The notes: generated from the sequence alone by a model not told the origin. Shown: positions 30,001-32,751, counted from the first letter of the stretch. The stretch: 64,000 bases of DNA from Desulfobacterales bacterium (GCA_963668645.2 CAXXWC010000021.1:1344001-1408000); one strand, 5' to 3'. Made by a program: numbers and translations.

Positions 30001-32621
30001 ACCGCAACTGTTTGATCTGTGTATTCGAAGCCCGTACTGTTGTACCGCACCCGTACCGAAGTCGCAGCAGCCGAGACGAATCCGCCGCCTGAAATCGTCA
30101 GTGCCCCTGAAGTCTCCAGGGCTGCGGTGCCCGACTCGTTGAGGACCATTCCCAGGGTCGCGACACTCACGCCGACGGAAAAGCTGCCGGACTGCATCGA
30201 GGCGCTGGCGTTCTGGGCTGCGACCCGAATCACAGTATTCGGACTATTGCCGCTTTGCTTGAAACCGAAATCCCCAGTGACGGAAACAAAACCGCTGATC
30301 CCGAGGCTGATACCGGTTCCCTGGATGACGGTAATTTCCGTTCCGTCGGAAAAGGAGATGGTGACATCACCATCGGGAGTGCTGACCGTTTCATCGACCG
30401 AGGCACCGGTGCGATTGATGTCCATCGCCAGGGTCGCCGCGAGGCTGAAACCGTCGAAGCCGACGATGGAACCGGTGCCCGTGGCGTGCAGGGCATAGAC
30501 CGACGGGGTGCCTTCAAGGATAACGAAACCGAGAGTCGCCCCGTCGATCTTCACTCCCCGTTCGGATCCGGTGCCGTAGCCGGTGCCCATGAAAACGGTC
30601 AGATCGGTCGCGCCGGCCACTATCTTGACGTTCGGCGAAGCGCCGCTCTTTTCGAAACGGAAGGACCCCGCCAGAAGGGCGAAGGAATCGATGCTGACCG
30701 ACGCCGAGCCGGCGATGCGGATAAAGGCACCTTCGGTGAAATCAAGAACCGTTGTGCTGCCGCCGATGGTGATCGACTCGTTGATCGGGGCGCCGGTGTT
30801 ATTGAACTCCGCTGCCATGCTGGCATTCAGGGCGACGCCTGAAAGCCCTTCCAAGGTCACCGTTCCGCTGGCCTTACCGGCGGTTCCCGTTTCACTCATG
30901 AAAAATGCGCCGGTCCCATCACTCAGATTGACCGACGCGCCGCCGGCGGTAAAAACCATGCTCACGTTGCTCGCTGCGACGTGATAATCGGATCCACTCT
31001 TTTCAAACCCGAATGATCCGGAAATGCTCTGATCCAAAACGGTGATCGAACCGGTGATGCCCACCGATACGGATTCTGACTTGCCGGCGAACCAGGCAAG
31101 AAGTGAATCCATACTCTCCTGGGTGTCAGCTGCAATTTCAACGTCCCCGCCCGGAACTTGGGTGACTTCAAATTTATAATATCTGTTGACCGTATCCAGA
31201 ACCGGTTTGAAATAGAGCCCACCGCCGATATCGAGACCGGTAAAGTCGGCAAAATCACCGGATATGGAACCGAAGGTCATGAAGGTGAAGGATTGACCGA
31301 GAACCGGGGTGTAGGTCGATAGCAGGTCGATATCCAACGTACCATCGAGTGTCGCCAGACCCGAAACATTAAGAACGTCGTATCCGGTTACGGGGTCGCC
31401 GGCGTCCGGTCCCCATATTTCGATAAGCAGCGTCTGGCCGGCGCTTTGAGTGTAGTTATCAACATTATCCACCCCGGGAGAATTGCCCGGGCTGTAAATT
31501 GCATCGATTTGCTCACTCGTCTCGGCCGCTGTGACTTCCGCGCTACTATACGAGCTGCTATATAATAAGGTAGAAACTTGATCGTCGCTGGAGTCTATGA
31601 AGACCGACGGGTCGGAAGCAAAATCTCTAAGCTCATCGATATAAAGCCGACCGGCCGCATCGCCAAGACCGGCCAGATCGATCGAAGTGGTTTGTTGTAT
31701 GGCGTTATTGTTGCCAGCGCCGTCCACAACCGTCAGGGTAACATCTGCTTCGAGCGCCTCTATGACCACATAAAAGGCACCCTCCGGCCCGGGTTCCATG
31801 CCGATCACAAACGAAAAACGATACTGGCCTGATACAGAATCAACTATCTGATTTTCATCGATAAAATCATACAGGAAGGAAGGGATCGAACCAGGAGAAC
31901 ACGAAAGGGATACAGTCTTCCAGAAACTTACCTCAAGAAGTAAATCACCAGATTCGCTGTCTTTCTTTACACTCAAACTGAAAAATGAGTCGCCGTCCTG
32001 CTCGCTTTGAGCCAAAGCGGCACTCAGATCTTCGAGAGTCCATTGGGGCGGGTCGAGGCTATCTCCGAAATAATCATAGACCGAAACCTTGAGGCGGCTG
32101 TCCAGGATCTCATACAGACCGGTATCAGCGTCTCCGGTTTCGGACAGAATCCGGTTCAAAAGCGGGAATACCCCCTCCTGAACCAAAGCCTCGGTACTAT
32201 CCATCAAAACCTCCACCCCTTCGATCAGGGTGGAGGTTTTCTGGGTACTGATGTCGGTCCCTGTTTCAGACGCCTCATCATTAAAGATGTCGTCGCTCAG
32301 ATCGGATGAATCGGCCTCGGTGCCGATGTCCTCCGGCGTTTCGGCGAAAAGATCGAGGTCAGCCAACCCCTCAAGGATATCATCGGATTCCTGGGAGACT
32401 TCCTGAATGGGAGAATCGACAATGGATTGGAGAAGCACACTGTCGTCGGAGGAGAGAAAGACTTCCTCGGCAGGTAAAATACCCGCATCCCACTGGGCGA
32501 GAGGATCTTCCCGATCGATCTGCCACGCCGCAAGAGCACCGACCAACGGATCGGCGGAAAGCATGATCCGCTGTTCCAAGGTCTCAAGCTCGTAACGTTT
32601 CTCGGGATCGGATCGGCCCAT
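1..32621 (-). CDS. Giant repetitive exported protein (LEPR-XLL domain-containing), at least 10,873 aa, 3' end outside the window
   Basis: ATG at 32621 (in-frame TAA upstream) gives MGRSDPEKRYELETLEQRIMLSADPL. Manual translation near 31500-32100, 26200, 20800, 6600-7100, 6050 and 1-60 is in the same frame without stops. The ORF track lists no minus-strand ORF in this frame, as expected if no stop occurs in the window. Composition is G/A/T/V/S/D-rich and beta-type. Confidence 0.95.
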   Translation of the reverse strand, partial: MGRSDPEKRYELETLEQRIMLSADPLVGALAAWQIDREDPLAQWDAGILPAEEVFLSSDDSVLLQSIVDSPIQEVSQESDDILEGLADLDLFAETPEDIGTEADSSDLSDDIFNDEASETGTDISTQKTSTLIEGVEVLMDSTEALVQEGVFPLLNRILSETGDADTGLYEILDSRLKVSVYDYFGDSLDPPQWTLEDLSAALAQSEQDGDSFFSLSVKKDSESGDLLLEVSFWKTVSLSCSPGSIPSFLYDFIDENQIVDSVSGQYRFSFVIGMEPGPEGAFYVVIEALEADVTLTVVDGAGNNNAIQQTTSIDLAGLGDAAGRLYIDELRDFASDPSVFIDSSDDQVSTLLYSSSYSSAEVTAAETSEQIDAIYSPGNSPGVDNVDNYTQSAGQTLLIEIWGPDAGDPVTGYDVLNVSGLATLDGTLDIDLLSTYTPVLGQSFTFMTFGSISGDFADFTGLDIGGGLYFKPVLDTVNRYYKFEVTQVPGGDVEIAADTQESMDSLLAWFAGKSESVSVGITGSITVLDQSISGSFGFEKSGSDYHVAASNVSMVFTAGGASVNLSDGTGAFFMSETGTAGKASGTVTLEGLSGVALNASMAAEFNNTGAPINESITIGGSTTVLDFTEGAFIRIAGSASVSIDSFALLAGSFRFEKSGASPNVKIVAGATDLTVFMGTGYGTGSERGVKIDGATLGFVILEGTPSVYALHATGTGSIVGFDGFSLAATLAMDINRTGASVDETVSTPDGDVTISFSDGTEITVIQGTGISLGISGFVSVTGDFGFKQSGNSPNTVIRVAAQNASASMQSGSFSVGVSVATLGMVLNESGTAALETSGALTISGGGFVSAAATSVRVRYNSTGFEYTDQTVAVGDVNYTFADLPASSSLKSVSLLGFEALFGEVFNIGGNFGFEKSGSDVYVVAENAFARIAAGDFSAGVTAASLGLVIRESGKTALEAKGTLLVVGGSFASVTADEVKVRYNNTNEAFTGQTIGAGGVDFTFGTLPASESLMGVSLMGLKAEFGGVFSIGGNFEVEKSGADVKIVAAAAEAILSTGGFKVGVTNGSLGLVIEGGGQKALEVDGDLVLEGAGFACSADDVKVLLNETGIPYLGQTISAGGADFGFEELPGSTTIRGVYITGLDAEFGGIFAVSGNYGFVKEGDVVKAVATDAAVAMGAGSFSVGVSSANLGLMIDATGKVALEASGALSIVGGGFVSVSASEVLVRYNNTGIEYTGQAVEVGDVRYTFVSLPASTTLSSVSVTGLEANLGGGLQIAGDFGFQVDGTTMNVVAQNARAYLGAGDFAVGVEDASLGLVVTDSGRVFEASGGLFAQLGDTVGLSADTVSVRMNETGVAYTGSAISAGNADYTFINIAASSTLLEVAVGNASVAVGGFVTGSGNFAIRHDSDSLTLADASTVAVDLLTVGGSDLSAFAGYNAGTDYAVGLQLSDVDFALALIAEQTGMLRNWVALQGSVGQAAVVGVPELTLAVDTFGVQINLASADGLVVDFAAQPLNVLTGPGQSVALSMDGTDGKLIQVSGTVTIELSNFFQATGSFAFVSSSTTVRLSDGSPVQVDLITIGADSVSAFAGLNGGSSEALGFDLAQADFVLALMTDSTNPARKWMALKSEVGSVAFIGVNGLAVQADTLTIEINRNVGTAGAPVAQAPELTATQLKLETDMTAGTLVFELDGQSSEVFVAAADTSTTLIAKLTEALESLAGVGAGNVHVAGTRAAGFTIIFSNALLGQDLSGLRVRAQSPEAAAAVTEEVTGVAAQDETVLTPVVINTELLLETDIQIGTLKFTLRGETRSVEVSSGTSDAALADSLTIAIEGFAAVGAGNVTVNGDRNAGFVIEFINTLAGEDYSDLALSVVSPGVEASVSTVVRGAQVVTSTTTSGAYVYEKQVISFSDGFRSTNTRYQLSFNGLDTGLLDFSVNSPTYNRAILQSGLESLTTIGKGNVKVEFDQGSTSAAPRYFIYFIGKLAYQDLPQITVAYMNNVTVAADTLADGQSKVTTPITENIPAEQEVRIQSLATGTFALSLAYEGTTYTTGELDFESTANEVRDALNSALSPIAGALVTVSSPAAEIWHVVFGGALAGKDLARMTVTTTVASASGGLRVVERGLTRIETTTFTSAAVDEVQQVRLEAETGGTFVLSLIFDGTTYTTEAIDFQASAAEVQSALTAALADLLGAQVSVSLISSGVWEVRLAGTLGGTDLDLLEVVASPDVASAGLTLLTVGESISRPNIVPDADPNLVVDFGVQNLEIKTGPDSMMTLDMDGSEGDLIRASGHMNIDLFGFFMVEGGVAFEKSSETVLLADGTEVLTDMLAVGGGGLNAFAGVNGGTTDEVGLVLDELEFGLIFLTSRIDPARNWTALEVSAYRAALTGIDTLALETTFVAVRINSAGDGGSVVDFASRNLTVITGPGTSLIVDLDGTAGELLEAEGTVNIDVSGFVSLSGTLAFFKSGDELIAVGGSISAALSLGEAVHVSLSDADFGLIAGTGTTAFELENGVFSASIDGLSSIEADSVLVRYTNSATTVTADTSLTVGSNGYIFKEQIAADTMAFAVTGFSAEVANFVTMTGDLGFAKVDDEIIAAGFDVTATLAAGSSVLVTLADADFGLTAGIGATAFELKNGAFSALIEGLASVTATSVVIRYTSETVTINAGKKITVGAVSYTFIDDIAPSTVAFEVTGFAANIADFVSLSGDLGFKKSGTEIIAVGSDVTASLSAGGAVSVTLADADFGLKAGAGSTAFELKNGTFTASIGGLAEVTADTVLVRYTDAATTVSADTTLTVGSTSYTFIEDIAPSTVALEVTGFAANVADFVSLSGDLGFKKSGTEIIAMGSDVTASLSAGGAVSVTLADADFGLKAGAGSTAFELKNGTFAASISGLAEVTADTVLVRYTDAATTVAADTTLTVGSTSYTFIEEITPSTVALEVTGFAANVADFVSLSGDLGFKKSGTEIIAVGSDVTASLSAGGAVSVTLADADFGLKAGAGSTAFELKNGTFTASIGGLAEVTADTVLVRYTDAATTVSADTTLTVGSTSYTFIEEITPSTVALEVTGFAANVADFVSLSGDLGFKKSGTEIIAVGSDVTASLSAGGAVSVTLADADFGLKAGAGSTAFELKNGTFTASIGGLAEVTADTVLVRYTDAATTVAADTTLTVGRTSYTFIEEITPSTVALEVTGFAANVADFVSLSGDLGFKKSGTEIIAVGSDVTASLSAGGAVSVTLADADFGLQARAGSTAFELKNGTFTASISGLAEVTADTVLVRYTDAATTVSANTTLTVGSTSYTFIEAIAPSTIALEVTGFAANVADFVSLSGDLGFKKSGAEIIAVGSDVTASLSAGGAVSVTLADADFGLKAGAGSTAFELKNGSFAASISGLAEVTADTVLVRYTDAATTVAADTTLTVGSTSYTFIEGIAASTIALEVTGFEANVADFVSLTGDLGFKKSGTEIIAVGSDVTASLSAGGAVSVTLADADFGLRAGAGSTAFELKNGTFAASISGLAEVTADTVLVRYTDAATTVAAGTVLTVGSTSYTFIEGIAASTIALEVTGFEANVADFVSLSGDLGFKKSGTEIIAVGSDVTASLSAGGAVSVTLADADFGLKAGAGSTAFELKNGTFTASISGLAEVDADTVLVRYTDAATTVAADTTLTVGSTSYTFIEEITPSTVALEVTGFAANVADFVSLTGDLGFKKSGTEIIAVGSDVTASLSAGGAVSVTLADADFGLKAGAGSTAFELKNGTFAASISGLAEVDADTVLVRYTDAATTVSANTTLTVGSTSYTFIEAIAPSTIALEVTGFAANVADFVSLSGDLGFKKSGAEIIAVGSDVTASLSAGGAVSVTLADADFGLKAGAGSTAFELKNGTFAASIGGLAEVTADTVLVRYTDATTTVAADTTLTVGSTSYTFIEEIAASTIALEVTGFAANVADFVSLNGDFGFKKSGTEIIAVGSDVTASLSAGGAVSVTLADADFGLKAGAGSTAFELKNGTFAASISGLAEVTADTVLVRYTDAATTMAAGTVLTVGSTSYTFEEAISAGTVEFKAVGFSASLFDFLWIEGDLSFKKTSLDSITLSDGSVVGTADDGINDIDLIQIGAQIESAFVGINGPYESEETTPGVIGLTLTDVKLALAVMSPRAPPAQQTATDLRTWTAVKAQVGDASFVGIEGLTVSVNSLSVDINKGGGTNNGVANTTSIDFSLAPLEVNTLVLDFSDETLEAEGALVLDVFGFVQLDGSLSFKKATDSFVLTDAATGVSDTTTLANVNYLEVGGQVDSAFAGVGGIGFELTGVRFGMVMVSDTKGTPLVTTDDVNYMALKADVATAGLVGIEGLTAQIDTLSVVVNKTSDTVNSNKVLEFGGTNSREVSTGPEPAVPVVLDIEGAEGQLLAVQTNLTLDVFGFVQLDGSLSFKKATDSFVLTDAATGVSDTTTLANVNYLEVGGQVDSAFAGVGGIGFALEDVNFAMVMVSTPVAAGSATPAINYMALQADVGSAGLTGIEGLAAEISSLSVQVNKTSDTTTAPNKVLDFKDTDSNPNDGAATGREISTGPSSAPVTLVIDGDEGVLLAVMTELTLDVFGFVQLDGSLAFKQATDSFVLTDASTGAVDTTTLANVKYMQVGGHVDSAFAGVGGIGFALEDVNFAMVMVSTPVAAGSATPAINYMALQADVGSAGLTGIEGLAAEISSLSVQVNKTSDTTTAPNKVLDFKDTDSNPNDGAASGREISTGPSSAPVTLVIDGDEGVLLAVMTELTLDVFGFVQLDGSLAFKQATDSFVLTDASTGAVDTTTLANVKYMQVGGHVDSAFAGVGGIGFALEDVNFAMVMVSTPVAAGSATPAINYMALQADVGSAGLTGIEGLAAQISSLSVQVNKTSDTTTAPNKVLDFKDTESNPNDSAASGREISTGPSSDPVTLIIDGDEGVLLAVMTELTLDVFGFVQLDGSLAFKQATDSFVLIDASTGAVDTTTLANVKYMQVGGHVDSAFAGVGGIGFALEDVNFAMVMVSTPVAAGSATPAINYMALQADVGSAGLTGIEGLAAEISSLSVQVNKTSDTTTAPNKVLDFKDTDSNPNDNAASGREISTGPSSAPVTLIIDGDEGVLLAVMTELTLDVFGFVQLDGSLAFKQATDSFVLTDASTGTVDTTTLADVKYMQVGGHVDSAFAGVGGIGFALEDVNFAMVMVSAPVAAGSATPAINYMALQADVGSAGLTGIEGLAAEISSLSVQVNKTSDTTTAPNKVLDFKDTDSNPNDGAATGREISTGPSSAPVTLVIDGDEGVLLAVMTELTLDVFGFVQLDGSLAFKQATDSFVLTDASTGAVDTTTLANVKYMQVGGHVDSAFAGVGGIGFALEDVNFAMVMVSTPVAAGSATPAINYMALQADVGSAGLTGIEGLAAQISSLSVQVNKTSDTTTAPNKVLDFKDTDSNPNDNAASGREISTGPSSAPVTLIIDGDEGVLLAVMTELTLDVFGFVQLDGSLAFKQATDSFVLTDASTGTVDTTTLADVKYMQVGGHVDSAFAGVGGIGFALEDVNFAMVMVSAPVAAGSATPAINYMALQADVGSAGLTGIEGLAAEISSLSVQVNKTSDTTTAPNKVLDFKDTDSNPNDGAATGREISTGPSSAPVTLVIDGDEGVLLAVMTELTLDVFGFVQLDGSLAFKQATDSFVLTDASTGAVDTTTLANVKYMQVGGHVDSAFAGVGGIGFALEDVNFAMVMVSTPVAAGSATPAINYMALQADVGSAGLTGIEGLAAQISSLSVQVNKTSDTTTAPNKVLDFKDTDSNPNDGAATGREISTGPSSAPVTLVIDGDEGVLLAVMTELTLDVFGFVQLDGSLAFKQATDSFVLTDASTGAVDTTTLANVKYMQVGGHVDSAFAGVGGIGFALEDVNFAMVMVSTPVAAGSATPAINYMALQADVGSAGLTGIEGLAAQISSLSVQVNKTSDTTTAPNKVLDFKDTDSNPNDGAASGREISTGPSSAPVTLVIDGDEGVLLAVMTELTLDVFGFVQLDGSLAFKQATDSFVLTDASTGAVDTTTLANVKYMQVGGHVDSAFAGVGGIGFALEDVNFAMVMVSTPVAAGSATPAINYMALQADVGSAGLTGIEGLAAQISSLSVQVNKTSDTTTALNKVLDFKDTDSNPNDGAATGREISTGPSSAPVTLVIDGDEGVLLAVMTELTLDVFGFVQLDGSLAFKQATDSFVLTDASTGAVDTTTLANVKYMQVGGHVDSAFAGVGGIGFALEDVNFAMVMVSTPVAAGSATPAINYMALQADVGSAGLTGIEGLAAEISSLSVQVNKTSDTTTAPNKVLDFKDTESNPNDSAASGREISTGPSSDPVTLIIDGDEGVLLAVMTELTLDVFGFVQLDGSLAFKQATDSFVLIDASTGAVDTTTLANVKYMQVGGHVDSAFAGVGGIGFALEDVNFAMVMVSTPVAAGSATPAINYMALQADVGSAGLTGIEGLAAQISSLSVQVNKTSDTTTAPNKVLDFKDTDSNPNDNAASGREISTGPSSAPVTLIIDGDEGVLLAVMTELTLDVFGFVQLDGSLAFKQATDSFVLTDASTGAVDTTTLADVKYMQVGGHVDSAFAGVGGIGFALEDVNFAMVMVSTPVAAGSATPAINYMALQADVGSAGLTGIEGLAAQISSLSVQVNKTSDTTTAPNKVLDFKDTDSNPNDNAASGREISTGPSSAPVTLIIDGDEGVLLAVMTELTLDVFGFVQLDGSLAFKQATDSFVLTDASTGTVDTTTLADVKYMQVGGHVDSAFAGVGGIGFALEDVNFAMVMVSTPVAAGSATPAINYMALQADVGSAGLTGIEGLAAEISSLSVQVNKTSDTTTAPNKVLDFKDTDSNPNDGAASGREISTGPSSAPVTLVIDGDEGVLLAVMTELTLDVFGFVQLDGSLAFKQATDSFVLTDASTGAVDTTTLANVKYMQVGGHVDSAFAGVGGIGFALEDVNFAMVMVSTPVAAGSATPAINYMALQADVGSAGLTGIEGLAAQISSLSVQVNKTSDTTTAPNKVLDFKDTESNPNDSAASGREISTGPSSDPVTLIIDGDEGVLLAVMTELTLDVFGFVQLDGSLAFKQATDSFVLIDASTGAVDTTTLANVKYMQVGGHVDSAFAGVGGIGFALEDVNFAMVMVSTPVAAGSATPAINYMALQADVGSAGLTGIEGLAAEISSLSVQVNKTSDTTTAPNKVLDFKDTESNPNDSAASGREISTGPSSDPVTLIIDGDEGVLLAVMTELTLDVFGFVQLDGSLAFKQATDSFVLIDASTGAVDTTTLANVKYMQVGGHVDSAFAGVGGIGFALEDVNFAMVMVSTPVAAGSATPAINYMALQADVGSAGLTGIEGLAAEISSLSVQVNKTSDTTTAPNKVLDFKDTDSNPNDGAATGREISTGPSSAPVTLVIDGDEGVLLAVMTELTLDVFGFVQLDGSLAFKQATDSFVLIDASTGAVDTTTLANVKYMQVGGHVDSAFAGVGGIGFALEDVNFAMVMVSTPVAAGSATPAINYMALQADVGSAGLTGIEGLAAQISSLSVQVNKTSDTTTAPNKVLDFKDTESNPNDSAASGREISTGPSSDPVTLIIDGDEGVLLAVMTELTLDVFGFVQLDGSLAFKQATDSFVLIDASTGAVDTTTLANVKYMQVGGHVDSAFAGVGGIGFALEDVNFAMVMVSTPVAAGSATPAINYMALQADVGSAGLTGIEGLAAQISSLSVQVNKTSDTTTAPNKVLDFKDTDSNPNDNAASGREISTGPSSAPVTLIIDGDEGVLLAVMTELTLDVFGFVQLDGSLAFKQATDSFVLTDASTGTVDTTTLADVKYMQVGGHVDSAFAGVGGIGFALEDVNFAMVMVSTPVAAGSATPAINYMALQADVGSAGLTGIEGLAAEISSLSVQVNKTSDTTTAPNKVLDFKDTDSNPNDGAASGPEISTGPSSAPVTLVIDGDEGVLLAVMTELTLDVFGFVQLDGSLAFKQATDSFVLTDASTGAVDTTTLANVKYMQVGGHVDSAFAGVGGIGFALEDVNFAMVMVSTPVAAGSATPAINYMALQADVGSAGLTGIEGLAAEISSLSVQVNKTSDTTTAPNKVLDFKDTESNPNDSAASGREISTGPSSDPVTLVIDGDEGVLLAVMTELTLDVFGFVQLDGSLAFKQATDSFVLTDASTGAVDTTTLANVKYMQVGGHVDSAFAGVGGIGFALEDVNFAMVMVSTPVAAGSATPAINYMALQADVGSAGLTGIEGLAAEISSLSVQVNKTSDTTTAPNKVLDFKDTESNPNDSAASGREISTGPSSDPVTLVIDGDEGVLLAVMTELTLDVFGFVQLDGSLAFKQATDSFVLTDASTGAVDTTTLANVKYMQVGGHVDSAFAGVGGIGFALEDVNFAMVMVSTPVAAGSATPAINYMALQADVGSAGLTGIEGLAAQISSLSVQVNKTSDTTTAPNKVLDFKDTDSNPNDGAATGREISTGPSSAPVTLVIDGDEGVLLAVMTELTLDVFGFVQLDGSLAFKQATDSFVLTDASTGTVDTTTLANVKYMQVGGRVDSAFAGVGGIGFALEDVNFAMVMVSTPVAAGSATPAINYMALQADVGSAGLTGIEGLAAQISSLSVQVNKTSDTTTAPNKVLDFKDTESNPNDSAASGREISTGPSSDPVTLVIDGDEGVLLAVMTELTLDVFGFVQLDGSLAFKQATDSFVLTDASTGAVDTTTLANVKYMQVGGHVDSAFAGVGGIGFALEDVNFAMVMVSTPVAAGSATPAINYMALQADVGSAGLTGIEGLAAEISSLSVQVNKTSDTTTAPNKVLDFKDTESNPNDGAATGREISTGPSSAPVTLVIDGDEGVLLAVMTELTLDVFGFFYVDGSFAFKKSTATISVANGSALESVQVDLLTLGASGVNAFAGVNGPYYTDSNGDGIIDESDTPNDTAMGLVLGDVDFALAIMKPKTIAGQSTPADNRSWISLRAGVGEAAFVGVEGLTIGVSDFWVNINKSGGTAADGTANTSVADFKATPLSIQTGGESVSLNFDGTKGALLEASGHVTLDIFGFFYLDGAFAFKKSSETITVTNGTTLETVQVDLLTIGASGVDAFVGVNGPYYVDSNDDGTVDENDTPNETALGLQLADVNLALALMKPKVSANSTAKDLRSWTSLRAGVGEATFVGVDGLTIKVSEFWVNINQGGGTLASGGANDTVAHFKDAPLTVATGDDNSLALNFDGTRGSLLQASGALTVGIEDFEVAGGFAIERSVNTETRNGRTIKVSKLLLGAAGVQIFLGAGEAPYDNEDTGVLVDDVNFGLAFFREVDVTNPSAPTPVGTGSKMALAASGGATLLGIDGLSLSGTIELRKNNTGYTQDLGGGYVVNEVLNIPDPQNSGSTIPVEIKFKQDVDLALAGTVVFAILDSNTGEEFISLKGGFAFSKSTSADGTVTKIMIGAAGVETFFGVGPAKIADESTQDPDDTMINPDAMGVLIEDVTVGMVLIKKAATANTPASSSFAIDTSGGATLIGIEDLSLSGTLRIRVNKTNGPVDEYVTVPLPDGGTEDVHILFKTGVADPVVAGTLDLDVAGAVTLSGGFSFSKHTEGTTTKILVGIASAEAFVGVGKGTEDAIGVMATIDKLGLVFFKTSSGTSYALEGTGGVALVGLDGLDVEGNAAVEINQSGQVVNETFDVPNPNFDDEQPVSESNPETIQVAVTFATPAEVLAVKGDLTLEVVDVFNLSGTVSFRKLATGRVQVDIPNASLVVTIAGTEVVGVSGHAKFSIGNPDGFQLQSLSVDGFSIFGVDAGLDPATPVASLPTADLVFPLDGGAVNQTDLYAKKYIDVTFNDTAGVGINAATITDALPEIVLTGPSGTTIPVSGTPEKVGYNTYRYTLTVTAITQLTLGDWEVEIKAGSFADNNGNLNIGEIESFAIRDGPKPTANLANPTSNAQVDLTLLNARGFIDVTFATYDGATLDTASIFDSAPEFTLVGTGVKDAGLSGAVSGIPELLYGTTYRYRITDLQPNNGTALFGAGTVQVQFTAGAWKDSANNVNNVETESFTVVAATSGTRSANTAVAIGPLSIQSPTLGVTAIGFKDMKLILTIGIGADVASLAFGSSNGQQSSQQQSSGISTSLTGLLGTFDLAVDVLGFLQGSGSVDLTGKWGLNISSFVLTVPDVVVATAQGVKIGYDPAYNPEDHPDPDEPGEFLPQTIVTIASASISFPKIKLSGWIEPFDPDGTGPQASIPGLTVYENGFRFGTAEICYGCTTAPGTGVGGVTVSQGTNTAPGATQDAAIKIGNILEFDDIRVGISNFEVIFGEALDFDGEIFIASGGAKFFKDMPINAVISDRVSGYSPGRDGISGTSDDVNEATDTEALRATLVFENNQIKGFRFLADTFRIEFGQFLAIKGVDIYLNTDAADDEPVVSFTSLGAELKVASLKLSGEARYFSFLGNGEFQANAGFGVFFGVESATGASVGWPSWMPIKIKEIGIQWDDINENPLDFILTLSASIDSIDGIPGAEFSGVIEGVKIDLGMLFEGKFPIIDIASIGVSIKAKVFGGDLDAGLIGGILKVGEDNQLIDSLAPADTPVKDRIFFIGVQGGFKLSGIGCTIRFAISELGPLGVQIEARSPVGIPIALPPPVAAAQLMINDFVAGVDFFTAIPEANEAKDLRDARYAISASDVDASTWLSQVKLQVFNQYLAVQANPNLGGFLAAFTEPMTFTGSAKIYTNYTSIMVFNAQVGIKIDTTGKFLAVGKFNFGDGALSIAAKLYFDMSQVASGRAKILFLFDAPEQIELLTVGGKLELIFNSGDGAEVEYDFTDLLERPLATLSYPGPDAVIIPETLNTLGYIEVEFSPSGDSDIDDGSILDATPEFSLSGSGIGTVVIDEQSVE
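6037..19386 (-). repeat. Tandem array of 25 x 534-bp (178-aa) near-identical coding repeats
   Basis: Anchor aacccgaacacatccagcgtcag recurs at 6037, 6571 ... 19387 (25 x 534). Unit: VQLDGSLAFKQATDSFVLTDASTG.VDTTTLANVKYMQVGG.VDSAFAGVGGIGFALEDVNFAMVMVSTPVAAGSATPAINYMALQADVGSAGLTGIEGLAA.ISSLSVQVNKTSDTTTAPNKVLDFKDT.SNPND.AA.GREISTGPSS.PVTLVIDGDEGVLLAVMTELTLDVFGF. A diverged 510-bp unit follows (19387-19896). Confidence 0.97.
20500..24960 (-). repeat. Tandem array of 11 x 372-bp (124-aa) coding repeats plus one diverged copy
   Basis: Antisense ORFs recur every 372 bp (20572 ... 24292, then 24667). Unit: YTFIEEIAASTIALEVTGFAANVADFVSLNGDFGFKKSGTEIIAVGSDVTASLSAGGAVSVTLADADFGLKAGAGSTAFELKNGTFAASISGLAEVTADTVLVRYTDAATT..A.T.LTVGSTS. 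Confidence 0.95.
25930..27620 (-). repeat. Five diverged ~100-aa 'EVQ..GGTF.L' domains inside the giant protein
   Basis: For example DEVQQVRLEAETGGTFVLSLIFDGTTYTTEAIDFQASAAEVQSAL..VSVS..GVWEVRLAGTLGGTDL, with related copies near 26550, 26920, 27280 and 27600. Confidence 0.75.
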
Positions 32622-32704
32622 AGCTTCAGGTTGTTGCCATAAGAGAATATAAACAGTGTAAAAATAGGGACTTCTTCCGAGATCTTGCCGCCAGATTTTT
32701 CTAC

Positions 32705-32742
32705 GTAGAGATATATGTTACTCTCTACATTAAAAATTGCAA
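32705..32742 (-). promoter_or_regulatory. Candidate sigma70-type promoter with overlapping inverted repeat upstream of the giant gene
   Basis: Minus strand TTGCAA-N16-TAACAT. GTAGAGA-N10-TCTCTAC (32705-32728) spans the -10 box. Lies in an AT-rich gap. Confidence 0.35.
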
Positions 32743-32751
32743 GGGGGAAAA

